From Carpediemonas membranifera BICM (Eukaryota > Protista > Fornicata): a DNA stretch of 50,697 nucleotides. Below, piece by piece: positions 10,160 through 21,045 of the stretch. Position 1 is the stretch's first letter. Each line of letters starts with the position of its first letter. The position numbers and the translations under genes were made by a program. Under the pieces are notes generated by a model that saw only the letters and a program-made list of their open reading frames with translations, did not search any database and had not been told where the DNA came from. The stretch spans positions 1 to 50,697 of the forward strand of contig JAHDYR010000059.1 in assembly GCA_019828565.1 (NCBI GenBank), in the 5' to 3' direction.

Positions 10160-13100
10160 TAGGGGTCTGGGCCTGTTCTGAGGTTCATGAGGGCCTTTTT
10201 CCCGCATAATAGACCCTCCTTCACTGTTTCATCCTCCTGTTGCAGTAGCCAGTGGAGCTCCAATATGGCCCTGGAGTTATACCACTCCCCATCTGGGCCG
10301 TGCCGCAGCCTACTTGCCATGGTGTGTGTTGCCGCAGCTTCCCAGCACTGCTCCCACCCACTTGGGCGGCCGACGCCCTGGCACTCCGCTATGATGTGGC
10401 TTTTGTGTTCCTAGCGGTTGGTCTTCCAGCCACCCGGCTACTGCCACTAGCGCCTGCGCCTGGGGGGTATAGTTGGAGGTAGTTGATCAATTCGCGTTCG
10501 GCTGCGAGTGTGCATATCGGGCATATTCTTTGGATACGGTCGCAGAGCATTTCCTGCCCAGGGTACCTCCTGCTTATGATGAGCGCGGCTCCTCGAGTTG
10601 TGTGGCTGTTGCTAGCGGAGGGGAGCGTGTTGGAGGCTGTTGCAACTACCCTCTTCAGCTCCCTCCCTGAGCATCATCTCCCCTCTGATAATCTTTGGTT
10701 TCTTGGGTGCTCTCCCGCCTGCCATTGTTTGCATTGCCTCCGCAGCTAGCACTTCGGCGGCCGCCTTGGCTGTTCGGCTACCTTTGGTGGCGATGTCTCG
10801 TGCTGTCATCTTCCATCCCCCGGCTATTGCTCTGGGTCTGGGTCCGTGAAGGTCGCTAGGGGCCAGATCTAGTACGTTGTCTGCCCACTTGTTCAGCTTT
10901 CCGATAACGGACTTGGGGTTCGCTCTTCCCCAGTCGAAGTCCGCTAGGGGCGATGGGCGGTCAGGGTCCCGGGCCGATTCGCGGATTCTAACCGCTCTTA
11001 CACCCATGTCCGCTTCCCAGCACATCCATCCCATCATCAGGCGGGCGACACCCCCTCCACCGGGTCCGGTTCCCGCCATGAGTCCTCGCCAGTCGTTCCA
11101 AAGCCTTCTGCCTCCTGGGACTTGGCCCCAGATTTCGATTCCGAATTCGATCTTTGGCCATAGGAAGGTGCGGAGGATGGACTCGGAGACAGCCGCGGGC
11201 GTGGAGCCTTTAGTCCATCCCACTCTCCGGGCGAGGGCGATGTACTTGTTCGACTGTTCTCTTTTCTTTGCGATGCATGCGCTGAGCGGATGAGGGCCAC
11301 TTGCTATCCAGAGTCCCAAGTATCGGCCTGACTCCGCTGCTCGGGTGGCCTCCCCTTGAATTCGCACTTCCGCATTTGGATTGGTACTTATGACGATGTT
11401 CTTTCCTGGGCTGATACACAGCTTGTGTGCCACTATCACTTCCACCATTGCGGCGGTGAGGGACTCCGCATCATTTTTCTTTCTTTGCCGAGATGCTCGT
11501 ATCGTCTACGAACATTGCTATGATGCCATTCCCGGGTCTGTGGTGGGTGGGGGAAGCTTCGGGTCTGGTATCTCGCCGTACTGTATTCTGAGTGACGCCT
11601 GGCTAATCCAGTTGGCCGTAAATAGTATGAATAGGGTGGGGGCGACCACGCAACCTTGCTTGACTCCTAGGTTCGTTTCGGACCATAGGTCGGATCCCCT
11701 TACCGCAATGTAGGTCCTCTCCATTGTGCTTTGTACTGCTCTGACTAGGTGGGGGTGTACACCCATATTGATCAGCTTGCTGACTAGGATGTCCCTGGGA
11801 ACCGTGTCGTACGCCTTTGCAATGTCGAGCAGCACGCTGGTCCGGTCTCCTTCTTGGTGCAGTTGGGTTAGGAGGGCGATGTGGTCTATGACTGTCTTTC
11901 CCTTCATGAAGCCGATCTGCTCTCTGGGGGTGTGCCTCTCAACTGTTGGTTTGAGCCTCCATTTGAGTACCTTCCCATATGCTCGGTAGAGGAGGGGGGT
12001 GAGTGAGATGGGTCGGTAGGATCCTGGCAGTAGCTTATCTTTCCCTACTTTGTGTATCGGGGAGATGGAGGCGTACTTCCACGTGGTGGGTAGTTCCCCA
12101 GACTCGTATACTTTCTGGAAGAGGCATGTGATTGCCCTGTAGGCCGCCTGGGGGAGGTCTCTCAGACATTCGCCCGTGATACCATCCGGGCCTCCTGCCG
12201 ATGATTTCTTCAGGGACTTGATGGCGGCCGTGACCTCCTCCTCCGTGGGGGGGTTGATCAGTTGTTTGGGCCGCCGGGATCTGGTCCCAACTAGGTGCTA
12301 TGCCACTACTGACTTGGGCGTATTGCCTCTGCAGCTCCCCTAGCTATCTCGTTTTCCCTTGTTAAGATCGACCTCTTTCCTCTGAGCATCGCCGGTAGCC
12401 CCTGCGTGTTGTTTCTCGTTCCAGAACCTGTGGACCTGGTTTGCTATGACCTTCTTGGTGGTCTTATACCCTGCCCTTGCGCTGTTTTCCACCTGCTGCG
12501 TCCACTCCTCCTTGAAGCTTTTCCATGACTTCTGGAGCTCGTTGTTCAGGGTTCGCTTGATTTCCGCGGCCCCCGCTTTGTTCCATCGGGCTAGGATGAG
12601 TTGCTTCCATACGTTCTCCGGGATCCTTTTTGCGATCTCCCTGGTCTGACGTTCCTAGCGGAAGTTTGAAATCCCACCGATAAGAGTTCCCGTATTTGGT
12701 ACTCGATTGTATCTACATGGAGCTCCACATCGGGTTGCGGCCATTCCCTTGCCCTTTCCCCGTTGCGCTCTGGGAGGACATTCCAGGTGGTTGTTCCTGG
12801 GATTTCCAGCTTGGGTTTGGCCGGTTGTTTCTTCCAATGCGGTTCGTCCCAGGTTAGCTCCACTGCCCTATGGGGGGAGCCCCAATGCCCCATCTCAGCT
12901 TTGTCAATGACTCTAGCTTTGGCCCTCGTGATCCCCCCAGATACAGCTGCATAATCCAGCGTCGAGGTGGTATTCCCACTCACTCATGTATGTGTGAGAC
13001 GAGGGGAAAACTAGGTCTAGATTGTTTCGCTGTAGTGTGGCGCTGGTGGCATGGCGCAGGCTCCGCGGGTCACGGTTCCAGTCCCCCATGATGATTATCT

Positions 13101-13536
13101 CGAAGCCGTGGTACTCTCTGACGATGTTTTCCAGCTGTTGGTCGAAGCGGTCTAGCTCCGCTGCGCTGCGGTCACTTGGAGGGGCGTATATGTTGATGAC
13201 TGCGATAGCCCTTGAGGTTTCGAGGATGCTAACTTGAACTCGGGGGTTCGTGCCGTCAGATACTCCTACATCCCAGGTTGCCTGTGAATGTGGGCTGATC
13301 ACCGTGGCTACGCCTAGGTTAATCTTGCCCTTTCGAGCCTTGATGGGTTTGGCGTGCCCTGCACATGCGTATTGTAGGTCCGCCCAACAGGGGACTACGG
13401 AGTTACCGTACCTGAATGTTTCCTGCAAGAGGAGGGCGTCCGGGCTCGTGTGCTTGCGAAGCGCTACCGCTATAGATCCGCTGTAGTCTTCATTGCCCGT
13501 TAAGTGTCCTTGGCTGTTAAGGGAGACTATTCGCAT
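10160..13536 (-). pseudogene. LINE ORF2: apurinic endonuclease + reverse transcriptase + C-terminal zinc finger, multiply frameshifted (3' end approximate)
   Basis: APE: MRIVSLNSQG, LLQET, NIYAP, MGDWN, TLDY. RT: GPDGI, SYRPISL, QIGF, LDIAKAYDTV, GVKQGCVVAPTLF, MFVDD, RYLG. CPIC...HIIAEC near 10390-10520. Confidence 0.88.
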
Positions 13537-14191
13537 TCAGGTTGTTACTGCCTTAACCTGCACTCCTTATTCTGCACTACCTGCACACTTTCATCTTGTT
13601 GTTGGGGTTTAGCATCTGCATTGTTGCCTTCCCAATGGGTGAGCGCCTATGTCGTCGTTGTTTAGCACGTTGGGTGGGCCGCTTCCCGCCCTGTGGGTTG
13701 TTGGTGGGCGGCCCGGGTAGGCGTCTTCTTTGCCCTTGATATTTCTCCAGGACCCAGAAGCATGCGCCATTCACATGGGGTGCTTGGCCAGAACGGCTGC
13801 TTCCTCCAGAGTCCCCAGACGTGGCCCAGGTTCCCTCTTGGAGCTGATCTAGGGTGTACCACCCCTTTCACTGGCCGCGCCCTCGCGGTGCTTGTCGGGA
13901 CTTTCGTGCCAGTCTCTATAGCGCTTCTGGCCTCGCACATTGGCAGCATCGTTACCTAACTACGCATAGGTGGGAGCGACTCCTTTCGGCGCCCCTCCCA
14001 AGGCTGGAGTTCCAGCCTGCCGGACAGGCGGGTCCTCGATGGCGTTCCAACTGCCTCTTACCCGCCCCCCGGTCCCTGCGGGGAACAGGGGTTTTAAGAA
14101 AAGAAAAAGTCACCCGGGCATTGGCGCCAGTACAGCCCTTCTGGCGGGCTCCAACGCTGCACCTATTCCGGCGCCTTCACTTCACCTAGTC

Positions 14192-14800
14192 CTACACTAA
14201 CGTGCTATATATACACATCCCTTTAGACTCTGCACTCTTCCCTCCACTGCTTTGGTATGGCTCGTTACTCATGCATCTCTTGATCTGGTTCGTCGCTCTC
14301 GTGCTCCATTCCGATGCGTAGGAGCTCTTCTTCCTCGTCGCTTCCGTTGGCGGCGGCAAGCGCCTCCTCAAGCCTGGCCTCGAGGACTCTGTTTGTTTCA
14401 CGGAGCCTGAGGCTGGCTCTTTGAAGGCCTCCGATTTCTCGGCGATGCGCTGGAGGCGCTGGCGCTCGCTCGCTCCTCTTGCTAGGGCTTCCCTTTCCTT
14501 GGCCAGCTGGCCTTGGAGGTGGGCAACCTCGTTGTTCAGCCGGGAGACTTCCTCTTCGTAATGGCTCATGATCCGCTGCCGCTCTTCTTCAGCTCTTCGC
14601 TCCACCTCCGCTTGGAAGAGGGCTTGGATGTAGGCACCCATCTGATCGACCGTGCCCAGTCTTGGGTTTGGGGGCCTCTTCCCTTCGGGGCCGCCCGGCG
14701 GGGGCCGGTGCTCGAAAGCCTGGCTCAGAGGCATCGCCGGGGGTTGGCCTCTTTGTGAGGCGTGAGGATCGCCTGTCCCGGGGCCGGGTGGGGGGTTCAT
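14192..14800 (-). CDS. LINE ORF1-like coiled-coil protein (probably continues by frameshift toward 13577)
   Basis: Located just upstream of the APE ORF; heptad-rich segment YEEEVSRLNNEVAHLQGQLAKERE. Confidence 0.55.
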   Translation of the reverse strand: MNPPPGPGTGDPHASQRGQPPAMPLSQAFEHRPPPGGPEGKRPPNPRLGTVDQMGAYIQALFQAEVERRAEEERQRIMSHYEEEVSRLNNEVAHLQGQLAKEREALARGASERQRLQRIAEKSEAFKEPASGSVKQTESSRPGLRRRLPPPTEATRKKSSYASEWSTRATNQIKRCMSNEPYQSSGGKSAESKGMCIYSTLV

Positions 14801-14840
14801 CCCTCTGGGAGTGGGGTAAGCAGGGCTTACCTGGTGCGCA

Positions 14841-15900
14841 TTAGGGGTGATGATTGCCCTTGGGGTGGGGTGGGCGGGGGGTTACCTGGCGCGGGTTGGG
14901 GGTGGGGTTTGTTTCCCCTTGGAGCCTGCTGGGGGAGGGGGTGGCGTTCACCTTCCTTTGAGATGGGTTCGGGGTGGGGACCTGTCGGTTCTCGGTGAGC
15001 GGGCCCTCAAGCAGCCCTAGGGCCGGCCACTCCATGCCTTGGTGAATCTCGTTGGTGAGCCTCTCCCGGTGCTCTTCGAGGCAGGCTCTAAGCGCGGCCC
15101 TTGCCGCGGTCACAGCCTCTTTTTGCTCTCGCTGCGACCTGTGCCCGTCGTTGTTCTGGGTGTACGGGAAGTCCCACAGGCGGATGGGGGGTAGTCTCAT
15201 CATGGGACTGCATCCCAGGGCCAGGGTGCCGTCGTATTGGGGTTCGCCCAAGGCGCTCGGGCGGCGTCTTCCAGGCTCCCCTCCTTGTTCTACTGTGCGG
15301 ATGCCCCAGTCTAGGGGAAGAACCGAGGGGAAGAAGTTGACATAATGCCTGGGCCCTCTATCTTGGCGCCGGAGTTCCGCGCTTACGATGAGTTTCGGGA
15401 CGCCCGCTGGTGCTCTATCGCCGATGTTCACCAGGCAGTGGGTGAGCCGGTGTCTCAGCTGCTGGGCTGAGCCCCCATGCATCATGTCATGCTTATGGAG
15501 CGGGACCAGCGAGGCTGCCTGGGATAGGGTCAGGAGCTCGGGGTGGAGTTTGACCGGGAGTTGCTCCATGACCCTGGGGGTCCAGGGTGGTACGGTTGCC
15601 ATAGAAGTCTGGCCAGTAGCCCTTCTCCCTTGCTACGCGGCGCCTACCGTTCCACTCGGATAGGAGCTCCACGACCAGGGGTCTCGTGCTTGGGCAGGAG
15701 TCCGGGCTGAGAACGGCTACGCCCCTCCTTTCAAGGACCCTTAGGATTCCTTTTCCTGTGCTGAACTCTTGCGCGGTCGTGTTGGCCATGTGGATTTCCT
15801 TCGGACGCGGCTTGGTGGTAAAGATCACGTGCTGTAGTTGCCCCCAGGGGTGTGATGACCTCTCGCCCTCTATGGCGGTTGATCTCTACAGCCAGGTCTG
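14841..15900 (-). pseudogene. Additional LINE-internal coding region of unknown function (ORF pieces 15493-15828 and 14841-15602)
   Basis: Consecutive overlapping minus-strand frames following the nuclease; no motif recognised. Confidence 0.4.
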
Positions 15901-15912
15901 GGACCCCGTGTC

Positions 15913-16723
15913 CTACTCTAATGATGGGGCTTTTGTGCCCCCGTCACTTTCCCCTCCTCGTGCGATTAGTTCCGCTCCCACATCAGCCCAGGTCCACGGG
16001 TTATACAGCATGTGGATGGCCAGGGAGAGTCTTGTGTAGAAGAGCGATACATCCGCAAGCGCACAGTGACAGTAGGCTGGTGCGTTTCTGTGATAGGGGC
16101 ACAGCCCCTTGGGTTCCCTTCTCCTTTGCTGGTCGCGGGTCCAGACCTTGGCCTGCTCGGCTGCCTTCTGGTCCTCCTGTGGGAGGGTCTCTCGGACCGG
16201 GCGGTCCTCCTGGGAGGGGGGGTAGAAGAGGGTGAGGGTGCTATTGAGACGGGGGTACACCGCATCTAGGCCGGCTTCATCGATTAGGTGGGTGGCTACC
16301 CATGCCCTGGCCGTGGAATCCGGTACGTATTTGGCGCTCGTGAGGACACTTCGTTCAGCTTCCACCCCTTTGGCAGTCAGGTGGATGAACGCGTTATGGT
16401 GTCCTTCGAGACGCCGGAGGGCATCGATCATTTCCGCGCACCATGTGGTGCTGTTTGGGAATGTGCTTTCGAATCCCTGGGGGCCTGCCCAGTGGTGATG
16501 TCGACGAAGGTGGCTGGGGGCAACCGTGGAGAATTCTTGAGCTCATCAGAGCCTGGTCGAGGTCGGCCACCCGAATATCTTCGCCTAACATCCCGTGCAG
16601 ACTGGCGACGATATTCCCGTTGGCGGGGTCAAAGACTATGACCGCCCCTTCGCATATGACGGCCTCATCCCCCGCCTTGGATGCGGGTTTGGACGCTTCG
16701 AAGTCAATGCATCCGATCAGCAT
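15913..16723 (-). pseudogene. DEDDh 3'-5' exonuclease of Maelstrom / arenavirus-NP type, frameshifted near 16470-16530
   Basis: IDFEA (ExoI DxE), ICEGAV (Zn-ligand E), ILHG, TAKGVEAERSVL, CPYH, and HCALADV (H-C-x3-D). Confidence 0.72.
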
Positions 16724-16930
16724 CCTCTTGCCCTGCGGGTTGGTGAGCGGGCAGGACGGGGGGAGTCTGCTGTTGGCTGACAGTTCTCTACCCCTTGGCG
16801 GGTTGACGTCACTATCACTGCCAGGGACTCTTCTGGCCGAGTCGTCGGCGTTGGGCCGGGGGCCATCTTGGGTACCCCCGGTCTCCGAGCCCGCACTTTC
16901 GCCGCTGGGCATGGTGGCGGGGTTCCCCCG

Positions 16931-17506
16931 CTAGTTGGGTTCCAACCTGCTTCGCCCCCAATGAACGAGGGGGCGACTGGATCGCCCATGTTGGGTTGGC
17001 CAGTAGTCGGGTCGCCGCCGTTGTGCGGGGCAACGCCCAGGTTGCCCCCTGGTGGGTGGGTCCGTCCTTGGGCCGCCGTTGGGCGGGCTATCACCTGCAC
17101 TTGCTCTGCCATTATTCGGTGGGGGGGTGACCGGGTTGCCCTCGTGGGGTGGGTTGTCGGTTTGCTCGTTGCCCTTGGGCGGGCCGTCCCCTGTGGATTC
17201 GGTGGCGAGCAGCTTGGTACCCTGGTCCGCCATCCAGATGTTTGCGATCCTGCTAACGAGGGTGGAAGCGTCGCAGAGGTCCGGGTGGATGAACTCAGGG
17301 GCCGGCATTGGCCGGGTAGTAGTATCCCATGCGGCCCACAGCTCTTTGAAGCCCGGAACCGTCCAGCGAAGCACTAAGTCTTCGGCCTCACTGCGCGCTA
17401 GCTCGTCGCCGGCAATGTTGAGGGCTGAATCCGTGGGTGTCCTGCTAACCAACACAGGTCTGGTCACCCCATCGGTCCTGCTGTAGACAGCTATCGCGGA
17501 GAACAT
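16931..17506 (-). CDS. LINE-internal ORF piece of unknown function, likely linked by frameshifts to its neighbours
   Basis: 191-aa minus ORF overlapping the end of the 17491 ORF; low-complexity Pro/Gly/Asn C-terminus. Confidence 0.35.
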   Translation of the reverse strand: MFSAIAVYSRTDGVTRPVLVSRTPTDSALNIAGDELARSEAEDLVLRWTVPGFKELWAAWDTTTRPMPAPEFIHPDLCDASTLVSRIANIWMADQGTKLLATESTGDGPPKGNEQTDNPPHEGNPVTPPPNNGRASAGDSPPNGGPRTDPPTRGQPGRCPAQRRRPDYWPTQHGRSSRPLVHWGRSRLEPN

Positions 17507-18067
17507 GCCACCTTCCCAGGGCTTGACGGCCTGTCCGTCAAGGGGGGGAAGCCTCCTGCTGGGGGTCTGGGGCTAAGGGGGACGGGGGCATCCTCCCAGG
17601 CCCGACCTAGGGCCGCCCACTTGTTGTTGACGTTGTTGTGGGCTCTGTCCGCACCTGGCGCTTTCGCTGAGCCGGCTGTGGCTTGGCCGCCTGCCTTGAG
17701 GAGCCAGGCGGCGCTCTGCTGGCCGAACCTTGTCCTGATCCCAGGCCCTGTGAGGCTTTGGTGACCTGCGGCCTTGAGAGTGCTGGCAACTAGCTCGAAC
17801 AGCAAGGATCTAGCCGGTGGCGGGCTTGATACCTTGAAGTTGGCGGCGTTATCCCTCGAGAAGATCACTGTGGTGTTGTTGCACTTGGCGAGGATGGAAT
17901 CGGCTGCTCTTCGGACTTTTTGCCACTCTTCGGTCGTAGCTAAGCGTTTTCCAAGCTTGGTGAGCTCTGTTCCAGCTTCGTCTACATCATTCCCCCGGCC
18001 CATGGCTTGTTGGGGGAACTTTGTGTTTGTGGCCGAAATTGGTCTCGAAAAGTCGGAGGGGGAAAGT
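17491..18067 (-). pseudogene. 3' half of a LINE ORF interrupted by the DNA transposon (5' half 30200-30738)
   Basis: Removing 18070-30199 plus one CG gives an in-frame 371-aa ORF (...PGDSCR|LSPSDFSRP...). Confidence 0.75.
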
Positions 18068-18069
18068 CG

Positions 18070-18117
18070 CATACTGTTAGAATGGCCAGTTAATCCGGGG
18101 ATATACGGAGGATAAAC
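18070..18117 (+). repeat. Left TIR (CATACTGTTAGAATGGCC...GGATAAAC)
   Basis: Perfect inverted match to 30152-30199. Confidence 0.95.
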
Positions 18118-18181
18118 ACCCTTTTGCACAAGAAACTGCAAGAAAAAATGAGATTCACCCGTATCTTTTTCACTATTTCAC

Positions 18182-18207
18182 ACGTTTCACCAACGTTGGT
18201 GAAACGT
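18182..18207. promoter_or_regulatory. Perfect 26-bp subterminal palindrome ACGTTTCACCAACGTTGGTGAAACGT
   Basis: Self reverse-complementary; a related sequence occurs at ~29283-29319. Confidence 0.6.
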
Positions 18208-18341
18208 AGAGAAACGTGCGGAAGGTACGGGTAAGTCTCATTTTTGCTTGCATACGACGTGCTAGGGGCATTCTTGTGATTCGTAGGTAGGTGCTGATGT
18301 TGCATAACCATTCATTGCTTATTCAAAGTGATAATAACGTG

Positions 18342-18557
18342 TTAGTGGTCTTTAAGTTGCTGTATTACATCTATAAACATATCTCCTATCTCTTCCAGAA
18401 CGTGTTGTGTGTCATTCAGCCTCTCATTCACCAAAACCTCGCAATTCAGCCCAGTGATGTGATTTCGTATTTCTCGAACAGAATCTTGTATCTTGCCGAC
18501 TTCATGGAGGCAACTGGTCATATGATTAAGCCTTTCGTTCGTGGATAACCGGAACAT
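18342..18557 (-). CDS. Small helical/coiled-coil cargo protein, unknown function
   Basis: ATG-started ~71-aa ORF (MFRLSTNERL...), divergent from the PHD gene, amphipathic pattern with NERLN repeated. Confidence 0.4.
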   Translation of the reverse strand: MFRLSTNERLNHMTSCLHEVGKIQDSVREIRNHITGLNCEVLVNERLNDTQHVLEEIGDMFIDVIQQLKDH

Positions 18558-18591
18558 TGTCGTCAACACCTGCGCAGTTTAAGATGAGAAT

Positions 18592-19812
18592 ATGACGACC
18601 AGTGAAACTGCGAAGAAAGCTGAGATTTCGCAGGGCACGTCTTGCGGATCGGATAAGAGAACAGAGTACCGCCGGCTGTTCGTGACTAGCTTCCTGGAAT
18701 GCTTTTTCGACGTCGCGGACATCCCAACTATCGGTCTGACGACCTCTGACGTTCATCGCGCTCTCCTTGGCATGCAGGATGTGATATCGGGCCTCTGCAA
18801 CGGCTTTCGCAAGATTGCTATTGCAAACTCCGTCAGGCGCACGACTACTGAGCCCATTCAGGCATTTGTGGCAAGTAGAAAGGGTGGCACAGAGCTCATT
18901 GGCACAAAGATACCCTACCTGGTTGTCAGAGACAGAGCAAATGCAGCTGAACACTTGCAGGAGTTTAGAAACAGGATGTCTGTGCTGTTTCGGGGACTTG
19001 GACTCCACGATGTCTCCAGTCTGATCACTTGCACCGGCATTCAATGGCCTCCAGCCGTTGTAATCAGGATCAAGCATCGCAAGCTCCAGCCTGAGCCACG
19101 TACCCCAGCAGAAACACCCGCAGAGACACCCACAAAGACTCCAGTGACAACATTGGTACCAAAGCTCAGAAAAAGAGCTGACTTGGCTACCATCAAGCCT
19201 GATTCCCCCGTCAAGAAGCTTAATTTTGATGCGCAGATGCATGAGCCTGCTCAGAAGCGATCGAGGCTCGAAGAGGCTGACTTGAAGGAGGTTGCCGCGA
19301 TGGTGACGGCTTCACTCTCCACAACTGTCACTGATCTCCTCAAGCAGTCACCCAAGGCCGTTGAAATGAACGATAAGGTCCCCGCCCTCAAGCAAGCGAC
19401 GTTTCTGAAGCTATATCAGCGTAAGTTACTGTTCGCATGCGCTGTTTGTGCCTCACCTGAATGGTACTTCAACCCAAACATGAAAAGAAACGAGTATGAA
19501 ACGTGCTATCTCTGCCATCAGTTCATGCATCTTCAGTGTGTCAGAGAGAAGAGGATTGATGGTAAGAACAGAAAGGTTTGCGCAGCTTGCAGTCTGGCAG
19601 GAAGGTCTAACAGATGTCACGCGTGTATCAAGGACGGAGACAAGTCGACAAAGGACACTGGCGTCTGCCGGTCGTGCCTAAACTGGTTCTGCGAAGAGAA
19701 ACACTTCAGCTATGCTGAGTTCCATCTCGACGGCCAGGACTATCGTGTCAGGTTCTGCGACCAGTGTATGACTGTCTACCAGAAGGTGGCGGATATGAAG
19801 CCAATTGAGTAA
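18592..19812 (+). CDS. PHD-finger protein with a second Cys-rich finger
   Basis: CAVC-x-CYLC-x4-H-x2-C-x-CAAC fits C4HC3; followed by CHAC..CRSC-x4-C-x3-H..CDQC; central TPAETP repeats. Confidence 0.8.
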   Translation: MTTSETAKKAEISQGTSCGSDKRTEYRRLFVTSFLECFFDVADIPTIGLTTSDVHRALLGMQDVISGLCNGFRKIAIANSVRRTTTEPIQAFVASRKGGTELIGTKIPYLVVRDRANAAEHLQEFRNRMSVLFRGLGLHDVSSLITCTGIQWPPAVVIRIKHRKLQPEPRTPAETPAETPTKTPVTTLVPKLRKRADLATIKPDSPVKKLNFDAQMHEPAQKRSRLEEADLKEVAAMVTASLSTTVTDLLKQSPKAVEMNDKVPALKQATFLKLYQRKLLFACAVCASPEWYFNPNMKRNEYETCYLCHQFMHLQCVREKRIDGKNRKVCAACSLAGRSNRCHACIKDGDKSTKDTGVCRSCLNWFCEEKHFSYAEFHLDGQDYRVRFCDQCMTVYQKVADMKPIE

Positions 19813-19835
19813 GATAAATAGGGAGATTTTGAACT

Positions 19836-20861
19836 TTAAGTGTCTTCCAGTGCCGCTCTGTGCGCAACTGTCATCTCAGTAATGTAGCGCGAGGCCATAA
19901 CATCCGCCGGAGATCTCTGCAGTGGTCTATATGCAAGTACCTCAGAAACAAGGTCGACCATCTCGGGAAGAGGGATTGGCGTGCGGAACTGAGTGGCTGT
20001 GAGGATCTCAATCGCGCCCGGGGTTATGGACATTGATCCATTCGCGATAACCCGTCTCCCTGCTGTGCCAGGTGCGAGCCCATAGCCGGAGAAGTAACGC
20101 GAGACGAAGTGGAGCGGGTTGTCCATGCATGTAGTGCGGTAGAGCCAAAAGCAGTCCTGCAGGACGAGTTCGTTGGCAAGCATTTTCTCCGGAGTGAGAA
20201 TGATGCACGTATGCTCGTATGCCTGGGTCGAAATGGACTGCTTAAGCAGAGAGAACTCGCTATTGTCCGCTCCGGTACAGGTGGCGAAGTAGATGAGCCG
20301 AACCCGGCTGGTGGTGACGAGGGATGGCTCACGGAAAGCGAAGAGGATCATCTGTACGATATCGTGAAGGTACAGGAACTCGTTAGCGCTCGCATTAACG
20401 ATCATTCTCGACGTTGTGGTCTCGCTGTGGCCAGAAACAACCCAGAATGTCTCGAAATTGGCGAATTCTGCAGCCAACTGTTGCAGTATGGAGCCGAGGT
20501 GGGTCGTCGAGACGAAACTGACGGCAACCGTGGTGAGCCACTCGTCGCTGACGAGATCGAGGATGGCCTTCATGCGCTTGTGGTACCCCTCGGAGCCAGC
20601 AAGCCCGGTGACAGTGAAGACCGGGTTCGCACAAGTAGGTGCTTCGAAGCCATGGACTGGCTCGAGCAGGATAACGATGCGGCGGTTCACAAGCTTGCTC
20701 AGGGTGAAGGGGCAGTCATGCGTGTACCTGATTCCGTCATATTCCTTCAGGCCCTGGTTGCGAAGGTCAGAACGCGGCCTAGTGATTCCACAGACGCATT
20801 CATACGTGAGAGGATGGTCGCTGATGCGTCTGGTACCGAATTTGCCAAATTTCCTCTCCAT
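19836..20861 (-). CDS. Caspase/CHAT-like (clan CD) cysteine protease, putative
   Basis: Hydrophobic strand + GH (FWVVSGHS), then ~50 aa later hydrophobic strand + C (RLIYFATC), the His-Cys dyad layout of the caspase-hemoglobinase fold. First ATG at 20861. Confidence 0.62.
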   Translation of the reverse strand: MERKFGKFGTRRISDHPLTYECVCGITRPRSDLRNQGLKEYDGIRYTHDCPFTLSKLVNRRIVILLEPVHGFEAPTCANPVFTVTGLAGSEGYHKRMKAILDLVSDEWLTTVAVSFVSTTHLGSILQQLAAEFANFETFWVVSGHSETTTSRMIVNASANEFLYLHDIVQMILFAFREPSLVTTSRVRLIYFATCTGADNSEFSLLKQSISTQAYEHTCIILTPEKMLANELVLQDCFWLYRTTCMDNPLHFVSRYFSGYGLAPGTAGRRVIANGSMSITPGAIEILTATQFRTPIPLPEMVDLVSEVLAYRPLQRSPADVMASRYITEMTVAHRAALEDT

Positions 20862-21045
20862 TTGGCAACTACCACTTTTTTTCCAACACTGGTAGTTGGC
20901 CGAACCAGCTATAGGGAAGGATATGGACCACAATAAGCAAGCATTCTGGTGTTACAGATAAGATATTGTATGTGTGTCCTTTACGGTGTGAGACGGCCCC
21001 ATCAATCCCGAGAAATACCGCGTGTCCGTTTGCAAAAAAAATCAG

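Noticed and set aside
20109-20936. 275-aa plus ORF and many similar antisense ORFs (e.g. 32641-33393, 18526-19242, 5126-5605)
   Set aside because: Shadow frames opposite motif-bearing genes in GC-rich DNA.
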